DNA from: Acidilobus sp.
GTDB lineage: Archaea; Thermoproteota; Thermoprotei_A; Sulfolobales; Acidilobaceae
NCBI GenBank assembly: GCA_049974445.1
Contig: JBMFIT010000002.1
Span: 1 to 55,219 of the forward strand
DNA length: 55,219 nucleotides
Direction: 5' to 3'
Positions 1-9,109 of the stretch are shown in pieces. The notes under the pieces were generated by a model, which was not told where the DNA came from, made no database searches, and saw only the letters and a list, made by a program, of their open reading frames with translations. Within the stretch, counting starts at the first letter, position 1, and every line of letters begins with the position of its first letter. The translations under genes were made by a program, and so were the position numbers.

Positions 1-161
1 GGGTTGCAAGGGCATACAGGGAGATAATGAAGGACATGAGCGATAAGGGCAGAAGCTACGTGTCCTCTGAGCTCTACGAGGACATGAAGAAATGGCTGCC
101 GCTCACCTATGATGAGTTCCAGGAGGCCGCTAGGAGAGCGCATGCCGAGGTTAAACTGTGA
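1..161 (+). CDS. 3' end of a CDS truncated by the window edge (product unknown)
   Basis: Open frame from pos 3 (VARAYREIMKDMSDKGRSYVSSELYEDMKKWLPLTYDEFQEAARRAHAEVKL) ending TGA at 159-161, with host-like codon usage. Confidence 0.7.
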   Translation, partial: VARAYREIMKDMSDKGRSYVSSELYEDMKKWLPLTYDEFQEAARRAHAEVKL

Positions 162-167
162 CATCAG

Positions 168-180
168 AAAGGCTTTTAAG
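168..180 (+). promoter_or_regulatory. BRE/TATA promoter of 5S rRNA
   Basis: AAAGGCTTTTAAG about 25 nt upstream of the 5S 5' end. Confidence 0.6.
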
Positions 181-204
181 CGAACCTCACAGAGGCTCCT
201 AATT

Positions 205-331
205 GCCCGGCCCGGCCATAGCGGCCGGGCAACACCCGGACTCGTCTCGAACCCGGAAGTTAAGCCGGTCGCGTTGGAGGGGCCAGTGAGGTCCGAAAGG
301 CCTCGCAGGCCCCTCCAAGCCGGGGCCGGGC
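205..331 (+). rRNA. rrf: 5S ribosomal RNA (stand-alone)
   Basis: Conserved 5S motifs GGCCATAGCGG, CACCCGGACTCGTCTCGAACCCGGAAGTTAAGCC; complementary ends GCCCGGCCC/GGGGCCGGGC; followed by a T-run. Confidence 0.95.
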
Positions 332-406
332 GCTTTTGCCGTCGACCTGGCCGTTATCCCCTGATAGGTTCAAAAACCCTTTTCCCGTGATCCTTTTAGG
401 AGAGCC

Positions 407-1357
407 GTGGGCGTACTCATAAAGGACCTGTACAAGAGCTACGGAAACCACCTTGTGCTGAAGGGCATAAATCTCGAGGTAAGGGATGGCGAGCTTTTCG
501 TGATACTCGGTTACTCCGGCTCTGGTAAGACGACGCTGCTGAGAAGCATAGCTGGCCTCGAAAAGGTTGACTCAGGAAGGATCTACATTGACGGCACCGA
601 TGTCACTGAGCTGCCCCCCTCTAAGAGGTCCGTCTCCATGCTGTTCCAGAACTACGTGCTATACCCTCACAAGACGGTCCTTGAGAACATAATGATGCCG
701 ATTGAGAGGGAGCCCGATGCCAGGAAGAGGGTTCTGGAGATAGCCGACGAGCTAGGCATCAGGGATTTGCTAAACAGGTACCCATCCCAGCTCTCCGGGG
801 GACAGCAGCAGAGGGTGGCGCTTGCCAGGGCCCTAGTTAAGAGGCCAAGGGTTCTGCTCCTTGACGAGCCCCTTAGCAATATTGATGCCCCGCAAAGGAT
901 TGCTGCGAGGAGGTTCATCAAGGAGCTCCAAAGGAGAGAGAAGATTACGACCCTATACGTGACTCATGATCAGATTGAGGCCATGGCCGAGGCTGACCGC
1001 ATGGCGATAATGATGGATGGGCGTATACTTCAGGCTGGAACCCCTGAAGAACTCTACATGGAGCCTGCTAACAAGTACGTCGCCTCCTTCATAGGTGATC
1101 CCCCCATGGCTATAATCGACGGTAAAGCGCTTAACGTGCAGGGCTATGTTGGCATTAGGGCTGACGATGTGGTAGTTGGCGAGGGACCCTATCAGGGTAT
1201 TGTCGAGGATGTTGAATTCCTCATGGGAAGATACCTGGTTCACATGGACTTTAATGGGGAGGAGCTTAGGGGATACTCTAACATGAGGCCAAAGGAGGGC
1301 GAGACTATCAGGTTCTCGATCCTGAAAATGAAGGTATTCAACGAGCAGAGGCCATAA
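407..1357 (+). CDS. ABC transporter ATP-binding protein (MalK/sugar-type)
   Basis: Walker A GYSGSGKTT, signature LSGGQQQRVALARAL, Walker B LLLDEP, VTHD. Confidence 0.93.
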   Translation: MGVLIKDLYKSYGNHLVLKGINLEVRDGELFVILGYSGSGKTTLLRSIAGLEKVDSGRIYIDGTDVTELPPSKRSVSMLFQNYVLYPHKTVLENIMMPIEREPDARKRVLEIADELGIRDLLNRYPSQLSGGQQQRVALARALVKRPRVLLLDEPLSNIDAPQRIAARRFIKELQRREKITTLYVTHDQIEAMAEADRMAIMMDGRILQAGTPEELYMEPANKYVASFIGDPPMAIIDGKALNVQGYVGIRADDVVVGEGPYQGIVEDVEFLMGRYLVHMDFNGEELRGYSNMRPKEGETIRFSILKMKVFNEQRP

Positions 1358-1397
1358 CTTAAAAACCCGAGCTTAACAGATGCGCAGGGTCCCTGGC

Positions 1398-1805
1398 ATG
1401 CCCGTAGAACTTTACACCGTCGAGGACGCGATTAAAATCGCCCCTAAGGCTATAGAGTGCCGCATTAAGAGGAGCACGAGGGAGGGGAAGGCCAAGATAA
1501 AGCTAAGGACCAAGCGCTACCTCTACACACTTAAGGTTGAGCCATCACAGGTGGACGAGGTCGTATCAAAGCTTGGTTGCAAGAATGTCATTGACGTAGA
1601 TGCCGAGATTGCCAGACAGAAGAAGGAGAGGGCGGAGGCCAGGAAGGCAGCTAAGAAGAGGGCGGAGGAGAAGGCAGCTCAGCCTCCTCCTGCGCAACAG
1701 GCCCCACCGCAGCCACAACAGGCGGCGGCCCAACCAGCACAACCCGAGCCTGAAGCTAAGGAGAAGCCTTCAGAGACCAAGCCTGAGCAGGGTAAGGGTT
1801 CCTGA
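1398..1805 (+). CDS. rpl38e: 50S ribosomal protein eL38 (L38e) with a low-complexity C-terminal extension
   Basis: KIKLRTKRYLYTLKV resembles the eL38 core (KFKxRxxRYLYTL); ATG at 1398 preferred over 1380. Confidence 0.8.
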   Translation: MPVELYTVEDAIKIAPKAIECRIKRSTREGKAKIKLRTKRYLYTLKVEPSQVDEVVSKLGCKNVIDVDAEIARQKKERAEARKAAKKRAEEKAAQPPPAQQAPPQPQQAAAQPAQPEPEAKEKPSETKPEQGKGS

Positions 1806-1808
1806 CCC

Positions 1809-2870
1809 TCAGTACATACCTACCTCGTCAGTACCCTCTATTATCTGAGAGCCCTCTCCACACGCTCGAAGTCTTGACCCTAACCTGGAAAGACTCTCAG
1901 CAACGTGCCTAGTAAGCAGCTTAGGCCACAGGTAGCTGAGCAAGTAGATGGCCAAGCTGACCCGCATTGACGCCCCTGCAGCCCTTGGGTGACCTCCCCC
2001 GCCCAGCTCCTTAGCTATTACCCGTACGTCGGCCCCTCCTCTGCTCCTGAGGGATAGAGAGACAAGGCCTAGCCTCCTTCTTTTCACCATGGCGGACACG
2101 CTAGCCCCTGTCCTAGATGTTAGCATGGAACCCATGACGCTGTCTGAGGGGGGCTCCCTCTTCCTTAAAATCGCGGCTACCGCGCAGTTACCCGTATTTG
2201 ACACGTGGAGGGTCGAGAGGTCCTTCGTTGAGTTCCTCAGCTCCTCAGAAAGGTAATCAAGGAGCCTCGCCCTCAGCTCGTCGTCCCAAAGGACGCCAGA
2301 GTAGAACTTCATGACCATATGTTGCTTCCACCTTGTCTTGGAAGAGCCATTTGGTGAGCTTGACGCCCTCATAAGCTTAGGCGCAAGAGGGTCTTGCCAG
2401 GTCCAGAGGTCTGCCGAGCAGACAGCGCTCTCAAGCTTCATCAGAAATTCGTCAGGCTCCACACCGTAAAGCTTTGATGCGTACTTAGTTACAACGCCTG
2501 CGCCGCAGGTAGACCTGTCAACGAAGATCTTAACGCCAGCCTTAGAGACCAGGTTGAGGTCATTATCGTCCCAGGCGTGGTGGTCATACCATTCGACGCT
2601 TACCCCCTGTTCTATGAGCTTCCCTAGCATGTCAAGGGCCCGTGGGGTCGAGCCCCTGTTGAATCCTATGTCCATTATAGCTATCCTATCGCCTCGCTGC
2701 GCCACTCTCAAAACTTCGCCAACGGCCTCGTGAAGGCTGTAGGGCTCCGTAAAGTAGATCATGACCCTTTCCGGCCCTACTGATGAGACCCTCATGTAGG
2801 AGGCCGCAGCAGCCTCCCCGTCAAGGTCAGAGTGAGTTATCAGTATTAGCTTGCCTTTAAATGACACCAT
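1809..2870 (-). CDS. DHH/DHHA1 family phosphoesterase
   Basis: HSDLDG, YDHH, SLRS and GGGGHPRAAG motifs; ATG at 2870 likely start. Confidence 0.88.
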   Translation of the reverse strand: MVSFKGKLILITHSDLDGEAAAASYMRVSSVGPERVMIYFTEPYSLHEAVGEVLRVAQRGDRIAIMDIGFNRGSTPRALDMLGKLIEQGVSVEWYDHHAWDDNDLNLVSKAGVKIFVDRSTCGAGVVTKYASKLYGVEPDEFLMKLESAVCSADLWTWQDPLAPKLMRASSSPNGSSKTRWKQHMVMKFYSGVLWDDELRARLLDYLSEELRNSTKDLSTLHVSNTGNCAVAAILRKREPPSDSVMGSMLTSRTGASVSAMVKRRRLGLVSLSLRSRGGADVRVIAKELGGGGHPRAAGASMRVSLAIYLLSYLWPKLLTRHVAESLSRLGSRLRACGEGSQIIEGTDEVGMY

Positions 2871-3390
2871 ATCTCCTTGCGGCCTCCTCAATTTTTGGCT
2901 TCAGCAGGTTGTACGTTTCCTCTAGGGCCTGAGATATGACCTTTGTCCCGCCTATCACGGTTATGTAGTTCGAGTCCCCCTTCCACCTGGGCACAATATG
3001 CACATGCACATGCCCTGGAACCCCTGCCCCCGCAACGTCACCTATGTTTACTCCGACGTTGAAGCCGTCAGGTCTGTAGGCCTGTCTCAGGGCCTGTATC
3101 GAGGCCTTGACAAGCCTCGAGATCTCGAGTAGCTCAGAGTCTGTGAGGTCCTCTACGTTGGCGACGTGCCTGTAGGGGGCGACCATTAGGTGTCCGGTGT
3201 TGTAAGGGTACTTGTTTAATATGACGAATGACTCCTTCCCCCTAAAGACTATAAGGGCCCTTTTATCGTCGCCCAGCGTCGGGGCCTCACAGAGGAAGCA
3301 TCCCCCTTCCCCCTTCTCGACCACGTTCGTTATGTAGCTCATCCTCCACGGCGCCCATAGCACGGAGTACCAGGGCCTTGGCCAGTCCAT
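2857..3390 (-). CDS. HIT family hydrolase (Ap4A phosphorylase-like)
   Basis: LWAPWRMSYI, CFLC, LNKYPYNTGH, HVHVHIVPRWxGD. Confidence 0.92.
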   Translation of the reverse strand: MDWPRPWYSVLWAPWRMSYITNVVEKGEGGCFLCEAPTLGDDKRALIVFRGKESFVILNKYPYNTGHLMVAPYRHVANVEDLTDSELLEISRLVKASIQALRQAYRPDGFNVGVNIGDVAGAGVPGHVHVHIVPRWKGDSNYITVIGGTKVISQALEETYNLLKPKIEEAARRYGVI

Positions 3391-4035
3391 TCAAGGCACC
3401 CTTAAGATCGCGCTCAGGGCCACCGCTACCGGTAGGGCAAGCAGAATAAAAGTGACGTATGGAAGGCCAGGCTGAGCCTTGACCTTATCTCCGTCCCCCT
3501 GGCAGGCCCTGAGAGCCGCCTCACTTGGAACCTCTGTAGTGAGGTCTGAGCCTGCTGGAAACCACCACCTCAGGTCTCTGACAAGACGTGAGCACGGGAC
3601 CTCAGCGCCTCCTAAGCACCTCAGGGACCTACACATCCTATAAGATATCAAGGCCCTTGTCAGTAGCTCAGCCGCTGATGCTACCACTATCACTAGGTAG
3701 ATTGGGGGCAACAGGCCTCCTGGGAAAGGAGCTGGCACAGTCAAGGCTATCGCAAGCGTGGCGAGGAAGTCCCCCTCTCCCATGAGCCCAAGAATTGAGG
3801 CTAGCCCGACAGCCCCCGCGCCGACAAGGCTAAGCCCATAGTAGATGGCCAGCGAGAGAGGCGAGTAGAACCTGAGGTAGGTGATTAGCGACACTGCGAT
3901 GCCTACCTTTGACCCAGTTATCCAGAACTGCTCCGGTACCTCTCTATATAACAGGTCAAGCCTGGCCGGCTCAAAGGTCATAAGTAACGCAACTACCCAT
4001 GGAAGCAAGAGGAACTGCCAGGGCTGGCCAGCCAT
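3391..4035 (-). CDS. A24 family prepilin/preflagellin peptidase-like membrane aspartic protease
   Basis: Multi-TM protein with first Asp in DLLYREVP, GxGD motif (MGEGDF) and C-terminal PGLPYV. Confidence 0.65.
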   Translation of the reverse strand: MAGQPWQFLLLPWVVALLMTFEPARLDLLYREVPEQFWITGSKVGIAVSLITYLRFYSPLSLAIYYGLSLVGAGAVGLASILGLMGEGDFLATLAIALTVPAPFPGGLLPPIYLVIVVASAAELLTRALISYRMCRSLRCLGGAEVPCSRLVRDLRWWFPAGSDLTTEVPSEAALRACQGDGDKVKAQPGLPYVTFILLALPVAVALSAILRVP

Positions 4036-5015
4036 TACTCCTCCTCGGCGTCCCTTACGCCGAACTCGGTTATAGCGAAGACGGTCTCGCCCTCAGGCAA
4101 ATGTGGGGCATCAACCACTCTCGCGATCCTTTTGTTACCTCTGCTTTTCTTAAGCTGTACCCTTATGCCTGGCGCGTGGGCGACAACGTTGCCGCCGACG
4201 GCAGCCGTTGGGTCCCCGTAGAACACGTCAGGCCTTGACATTACCTGGTTAGTTACCACCACAGCCGCGTCATATACTTCGGCCAGCCTCATGAGCTGAT
4301 GCAGGTGCCTGTTGAGGAGCTGCTGTCTTGCGGCCAAATTCTCCCTTCCAGGGAACTCGGCCCTGAAGTGGCTGGTTAGAGAGTCGACGACTACGAGCTT
4401 CACGTTATCCTTGCTCAGAAGGTCAAAGAGAGAGTCAACGATGGCCATCTGGTGATGGCTGTTTATGGCCCTTATCCAGTAGATGTTGTCCATAACCTTG
4501 TCAGGATCAAGGCCTAGGCCCCTGGCCATCTGATCTATCCTCTCCCAGCGGAAGGTGCCCTCGGTGTCTATGTAAACAGCCTTGGCTAAGAGGCCGCCCT
4601 TGTCCTCAGGCAGCTGGACATTAACGGCAAGCTGATGACATACCTGGGTCTTCCCCGTGCCGTATTCGCCGTAGAACTCCGTAATCTGCTTGGTCTCTAC
4701 GCCTCCACCGAGGAGGTCGTCGAGGGCCTTGCTGCCAGTGGTTATCTTGCGTATGGTCATCCTCTCCTTTTTTAGCTCAAGCGCTGTCTTGAACCTGATG
4801 TCAAGGGCCTGTCTGGCCGCCTCCACGATCTTTTGGGCTGTCTGTAACGGTATGCCTGCGGCCTGGGCGACCTCTTGAGGCGTGGCGACTGCTATGGCCT
4901 CAATGGTCGAGAACCCGTTCTCTATGAGCTTCTCGGCCGTGGTAGGCCCCACACCTGGCAGCTCAGTTATGTCCTTAGGCCTACGGCTCTCCTGCGCCAA
5001 TTTCACCCTACCCAC
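4035..5015 (-). CDS. radA: DNA repair and recombination protein RadA
   Basis: N-terminal HhH (LPGVGP), [39 protein letters not shown]. Confidence 0.98.
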   Translation of the reverse strand: MGRVKLAQESRRPKDITELPGVGPTTAEKLIENGFSTIEAIAVATPQEVAQAAGIPLQTAQKIVEAARQALDIRFKTALELKKERMTIRKITTGSKALDDLLGGGVETKQITEFYGEYGTGKTQVCHQLAVNVQLPEDKGGLLAKAVYIDTEGTFRWERIDQMARGLGLDPDKVMDNIYWIRAINSHHQMAIVDSLFDLLSKDNVKLVVVDSLTSHFRAEFPGRENLAARQQLLNRHLHQLMRLAEVYDAAVVVTNQVMSRPDVFYGDPTAAVGGNVVAHAPGIRVQLKKSRGNKRIARVVDAPHLPEGETVFAITEFGVRDAEEE

Positions 5016-5099
5016 CTGGTCTTAGACCCTACAGAACCTATATCTCCAAGTAAGGCTACCTGAAGCCTTTACCCCCTTTGAACCCCAGCCCTTAGAGTA

Positions 5100-5158
5100 C
5101 CGATGACGAAGGGGCACCTCAGCGAAAGGATAGATGCTGAAGCGAAACTTTTCTTAGA
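5100..5158 (+). ncRNA. Candidate box C/D guide sRNA
   Basis: C ATGACGA (5103-5109), 12-nt guide, D' GCGA (5122-5125), C' ATGCTGA (5134-5140), 14-nt guide, D-like TAGA (5155-5158); intergenic; terminal stem weak. Confidence 0.45.
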
Positions 5159-6401
5159 GAACTAGGAGAGCTGGCAACGCTGAGACGGCCGCGAGCGCGA
5201 GGGAGCCGGCTATGACTACCTTCCTGAAGGCCCCGCTCCTGGACAGGAGCGCTAGCGGCGCCTTCTCCGCAACTCCCGCCGTAAGGGCGATCAGGGCGAG
5301 AAGGCCAGCCTGAGAAGCGCCAACTATGTGCCTGTCGTAAAGTATTCCGACAGCTATGACTGCCCCCAGCGCGTTCCCAAGGGCGCTAGCGCCTATGGCC
5401 AAGGGTAACATGTGGGGGGCCGCCTCGCCTACTACCTTAGCTATCGCCGTAATCGTAAAGAGGAGCCCAGCGAACTCTATGATTCTCATGAAGGGCAAGG
5501 GGGTTGAGGGTGGCTCTAGGCCTCCCGGGTTCAGGCTTGACCTCTTAACGATCGCGACCCCAATGAGGCCAAGTCCCAAGACGACGATCGAGGGCCAAAG
5601 GGTCGTCAACGGGGCCCCGGAGCCTGTCGAGAAGTAAAGGGCCGCTGCGACCTGAACTATGGCGAGCGGCAGGTTAGATATGAGCACATTAATCGCTAAC
5701 GGTCCTTGCCTACTCTCTTCGCCTAGCTCGTTGCTCAGGTTAATTATACTTAATGTCACCGTAGTACTTGAGACAAGGCCGCCTATGAGTGTGAAGGCGA
5801 ATAAACCTCTGCTGGAGGCCCTTAGGGTGACGTACTGAATGAAGAATATGATGGCTACTATGGTGACCGTCAACCAGAACTGGAAGGGATTAAAGAACCT
5901 GTAGGGTCCGATGAACTTGTCTGGCAGAAGGGGGAGCATTACGGCCGATATTAGTAGGAGATTAAGGATGGCGAGGAGCTCCTCACGCCTGATCTTTGAT
6001 ATGGCGTTAAGCAGCTGCGTCTTGTAGAAGCTGAGGACTGCAACCAGGACCGATATGACAACGCCGTAAACGTAATATCCAAGGCCAACTAGCAGGCCTG
6101 AGGCAAACACCAGTAACATGCTGACATAGGTTGTTGCCCCCAACGACTTCAGGACCCTGGCCCTCTCGATGTAGATGGTCGCCGCGACGACCGTTATAGC
6201 GAGGAAGCCCACGGCTATCATTAAAAAGCCCCCCATGTAGCTCAGGGCGGCGAACACGAACCCCAGCATCGCTGTGAATATTGATGTCCTAAGGCCAAGA
6301 AATATCCTTGCCCCGGATATCTTCCTGTACTCGTTAACCAGCCCGACCACTGCGCCAACTGCAACAGCAAGCAGTAGGTATTGTATAGGTGGGAAGCCCA
6401 A
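5154..6401 (-). CDS. MgtC/SapB-DUF4010 family membrane protein
   Basis: N-terminal GLRT motif, LPLLPD...FNPFQFW, GGLVSSTTVT; many TM segments. Confidence 0.8.
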   Translation of the reverse strand: MGFPPIQYLLLAVAVGAVVGLVNEYRKISGARIFLGLRTSIFTAMLGFVFAALSYMGGFLMIAVGFLAITVVAATIYIERARVLKSLGATTYVSMLLVFASGLLVGLGYYVYGVVISVLVAVLSFYKTQLLNAISKIRREELLAILNLLLISAVMLPLLPDKFIGPYRFFNPFQFWLTVTIVAIIFFIQYVTLRASSRGLFAFTLIGGLVSSTTVTLSIINLSNELGEESRQGPLAINVLISNLPLAIVQVAAALYFSTGSGAPLTTLWPSIVVLGLGLIGVAIVKRSSLNPGGLEPPSTPLPFMRIIEFAGLLFTITAIAKVVGEAAPHMLPLAIGASALGNALGAVIAVGILYDRHIVGASQAGLLALIALTAGVAEKAPLALLSRSGAFRKVVIAGSLALAAVSALPALLVL

Positions 6402-6455
6402 GCAGTACCCCTCTACGCTTTCATGATTTGGGAGGACCTATTAAGAGGTAGGGGC

Positions 6456-7613
6456 CTACTCCCAGTAGACCACTGGGATGAGCATCTCCTGGGGTGTCAG
6501 CCCGCTGTGATGGCCCCTCAGCCTTAGGGCGGGGTCGTCGTCACGGTACGAGTAGTGATATTTCGTAATATTGTCTGTGGCCACACCTAGGTAGTCCCCC
6601 ATCACGTTAACCCTGACCCATGGGTCGACTCTACCCAACAGGCCAGAGCTTATCACCTCCTCCCTACTCATAACCGTCATCCTGTACCTCTCGGCCAGCA
6701 GGTCCTTTAAGTCCATTCTTGACCTGAACCAGACGGCCCTTGAGTCCCCGTAGGGAGGTACCTCAAGGATCTCGAGGAGTTGATCGTCGTTATTAAACAG
6801 ATAGACCCTTGAGACTGTGACCTGACCATGGTCTGAGATTAGGAGGAAAGAATACCTGTCTTTGTACTTCTCAGCAAGCCTGTTAATACGTTCAACGATC
6901 GTTCTAACCTCCAACACGGCAAGGTCCCTGTGGATGCTGTTCAACCCATAGAGGTGCCCAAAGTGGTCAGGGTTGTCATGATAGACATACACTAGATCGT
7001 GGGGGTCGCCTTCTAAGGCCTCCGATAAGGAGGCCAACATCTCGTAGGAGCTCGAGTGTGACCTGATAATCGTCAGACCCTGAGAGGGCCTGTTTAGTAG
7101 GAATGCCCTCGTCAGCTCACCGCTCGCCGAACCTGTTGACATAAGCGCGAGTACTTTGGCTTCAGTCTCAGCTAGCCAGGGCCTGACAGGGAAGGCCTGC
7201 GTCAGTGGCCTGCTTATCGTGCCAGAACCGCCTTCCCCCATATAGGAGTACTTTATCCCATTTATGATACCCCCCAGCAGCTTGTTGTATACCATGTAAC
7301 CTAGCATGCCGTGCTCGCCTGGCAGCTGAGCGCTCATCAGTGTTGACAGAGCGGTTGCCGTAGTTGAGGGGAACACCGTGATCCCCCTCTCAGTAGTGCC
7401 GTTTACCTTGGCGCCTGCCTCCTGGAATAGGTCCCAGCCAAGCGCGTCAAGGTAAACCAGCACTAGCCTTCTCCCTGATACCTGGAATGGCCTCCCGAGG
7501 CACTGCCTCTTGGCCTGGAAGAATGAGGCTAAACCACACGCAATCCCATAGAGCGACCTCTCGTCCGAGTAGTCGGGCAGCACAAACTCGGACTGCCTGA
7601 GAGACGTAGCCAA
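6456..7613 (-). CDS. Alkaline phosphatase superfamily / nucleotide pyrophosphatase-phosphodiesterase
   Basis: LDALGW, FPSTT, DHFGH, SDHG, GHHSG metal-binding motifs. Confidence 0.85.
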   Translation of the reverse strand: MATSLRQSEFVLPDYSDERSLYGIACGLASFFQAKRQCLGRPFQVSGRRLVLVYLDALGWDLFQEAGAKVNGTTERGITVFPSTTATALSTLMSAQLPGEHGMLGYMVYNKLLGGIINGIKYSYMGEGGSGTISRPLTQAFPVRPWLAETEAKVLALMSTGSASGELTRAFLLNRPSQGLTIIRSHSSSYEMLASLSEALEGDPHDLVYVYHDNPDHFGHLYGLNSIHRDLAVLEVRTIVERINRLAEKYKDRYSFLLISDHGQVTVSRVYLFNNDDQLLEILEVPPYGDSRAVWFRSRMDLKDLLAERYRMTVMSREEVISSGLLGRVDPWVRVNVMGDYLGVATDNITKYHYSYRDDDPALRLRGHHSGLTPQEMLIPVVYWE

Positions 7614-7660
7614 AGCCCTTACCTTTTTACCCTGATAAGAGGGGTTTATTTACACTAGCT

Positions 7661-9109
7661 CTAATGGTTTGCGGGCAGGCCTATCTCTGAAATCACCTTC
7701 TCGAGGAGCACCCTTACCATCTTAGGGTCGACGGCCTCGCCCTTCCTGGCCTTCAGCACTTCCCCAACTAAGTAGTCCAACGCCTCAGCCTTGCCGTTGA
7801 TATAGTCAATGACGGCCTTCCTTTCAGCTTCGACTATCGACTTAACCGTGTCCAAAAGGTCGTAGGCCTTAGGAGGGAGTAGTGTAAGTGGGTTCAGCTC
7901 AGGCTCGCTGGCAAGCCTAGGCAAAAGGTTGTACTTGACCTCGTCGTAAGTGTACCGCCTACTCGTTACTAGGTCAGATATGGCCTTTATTGATGAGGGT
8001 GGTGGCCATGATGCCTTTGAAAAGACGTCCTTGCCTTGCTTCCTCAGCAGACCCCTCAGGTCAATTGCGAGGAGCCTCGCAGCTATTGAGGGCTCTGCCC
8101 CCATGGAAACTGAGGCTAAAAAGACGCTGAGGGCAGGCCTAACAGCGACCAGGGCCCAGGCCATTCCCTTATCAACGCCGTAGCGCTGAACCCTTTCCAT
8201 CACCTTATCGGGGAGGAGTAAGGTTAGCGGCCTCGCTTCCTTTAGTAGGTCCCTCGTCGGTACGGGTGGGATGTCGGGGTCAGGGAAGTATAGGTATTCC
8301 TCCTCGGTCTCCTTGGTCCTGAGGGGCTTGGTGACCCTCCTCACGGGATCCCAGCTCCTCGTCTCCCTCCTGACCGTGCCCCTCTGCGACAAGATCTTAT
8401 CCTGCCTGAAGATCTCATAGGAAAGGGCCCTTTCCAGGTCCAGCGTACTGCCTATGTTCTTCACCTCGACCCTCTCCCCAGGGCCCACGCTTACGTTGGC
8501 GTCTACCCTGAAGGAGCCCTCGAGCCTGGGGTTCGTAGCCCCTATGTATTCAAGCGAAAGGAGCAGGTACTCGACGAGCCTTCTGGCGTCTCTCGGGCTC
8601 CTAACCTCGGGCTCCGTCACAACCTCAACCAGCGGGACCCCGCTCCTGTTATAGTCGACATATGCGTACTCGCTACTGAGTATGGAGCCCTCGTACTCTG
8701 TCCTAGCAGGGTCCTCCTCAATGTTTATCCTCCTGATCCCAACCTCCCTCCACACGACGCGGTCAGGGTCATAGTACCTCAGCCTTCCCCTAAGACATAT
8801 TGGGGCACCTCCTCCGCCCTGGTACTGGGTTATCTGGTAGTTCTTCGGCAGGTCAGGGTAGAAGTAGTGCTTCCTGGTGAATATCATGTACTCAGGGATC
8901 TCACAGCCCATCATAAGCGCTGCCGCGGCGGCCAGGACGAGGGGCCTCCTCTTTGGGACAGGAAGTGCCCCAGGCAGGCCAAGGCAGACCGGGCACACGT
9001 TAGAGTTCGGCGGCAGGCCCCTGTAGTCTGACTTGCAGTCGCAGAACAGCTTGGTCCCCGCCTCAGTTAGCTGCACATGAATTTCAAGGCCTATCCTGTA
9101 ATTTGTCAA
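7661..9109 (-). CDS. gatB: Asp/Glu-tRNA amidotransferase subunit B
   Basis: IGLEIHVQL, RKHYFYPDLPKNYQITQ, DYNRSGVPLVEVVTEP, VEVKN. Confidence 0.97.
   Translation of the reverse strand: MTNYRIGLEIHVQLTEAGTKLFCDCKSDYRGLPPNSNVCPVCLGLPGALPVPKRRPLVLAAAAALMMGCEIPEYMIFTRKHYFYPDLPKNYQITQYQGGGGAPICLRGRLRYYDPDRVVWREVGIRRINIEEDPARTEYEGSILSSEYAYVDYNRSGVPLVEVVTEPEVRSPRDARRLVEYLLLSLEYIGATNPRLEGSFRVDANVSVGPGERVEVKNIGSTLDLERALSYEIFRQDKILSQRGTVRRETRSWDPVRRVTKPLRTKETEEEYLYFPDPDIPPVPTRDLLKEARPLTLLLPDKVMERVQRYGVDKGMAWALVAVRPALSVFLASVSMGAEPSIAARLLAIDLRGLLRKQGKDVFSKASWPPPSSIKAISDLVTSRRYTYDEVKYNLLPRLASEPELNPLTLLPPKAYDLLDTVKSIVEAERKAVIDYINGKAEALDYLVGEVLKARKGEAVDPKMVRVLLEKVISEIGLPANH

Noticed and set aside
109-451. 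ORFs 109..390 (+) and 260..451 (-)
   Set aside because: They overlap the 5S rRNA gene; spurious.
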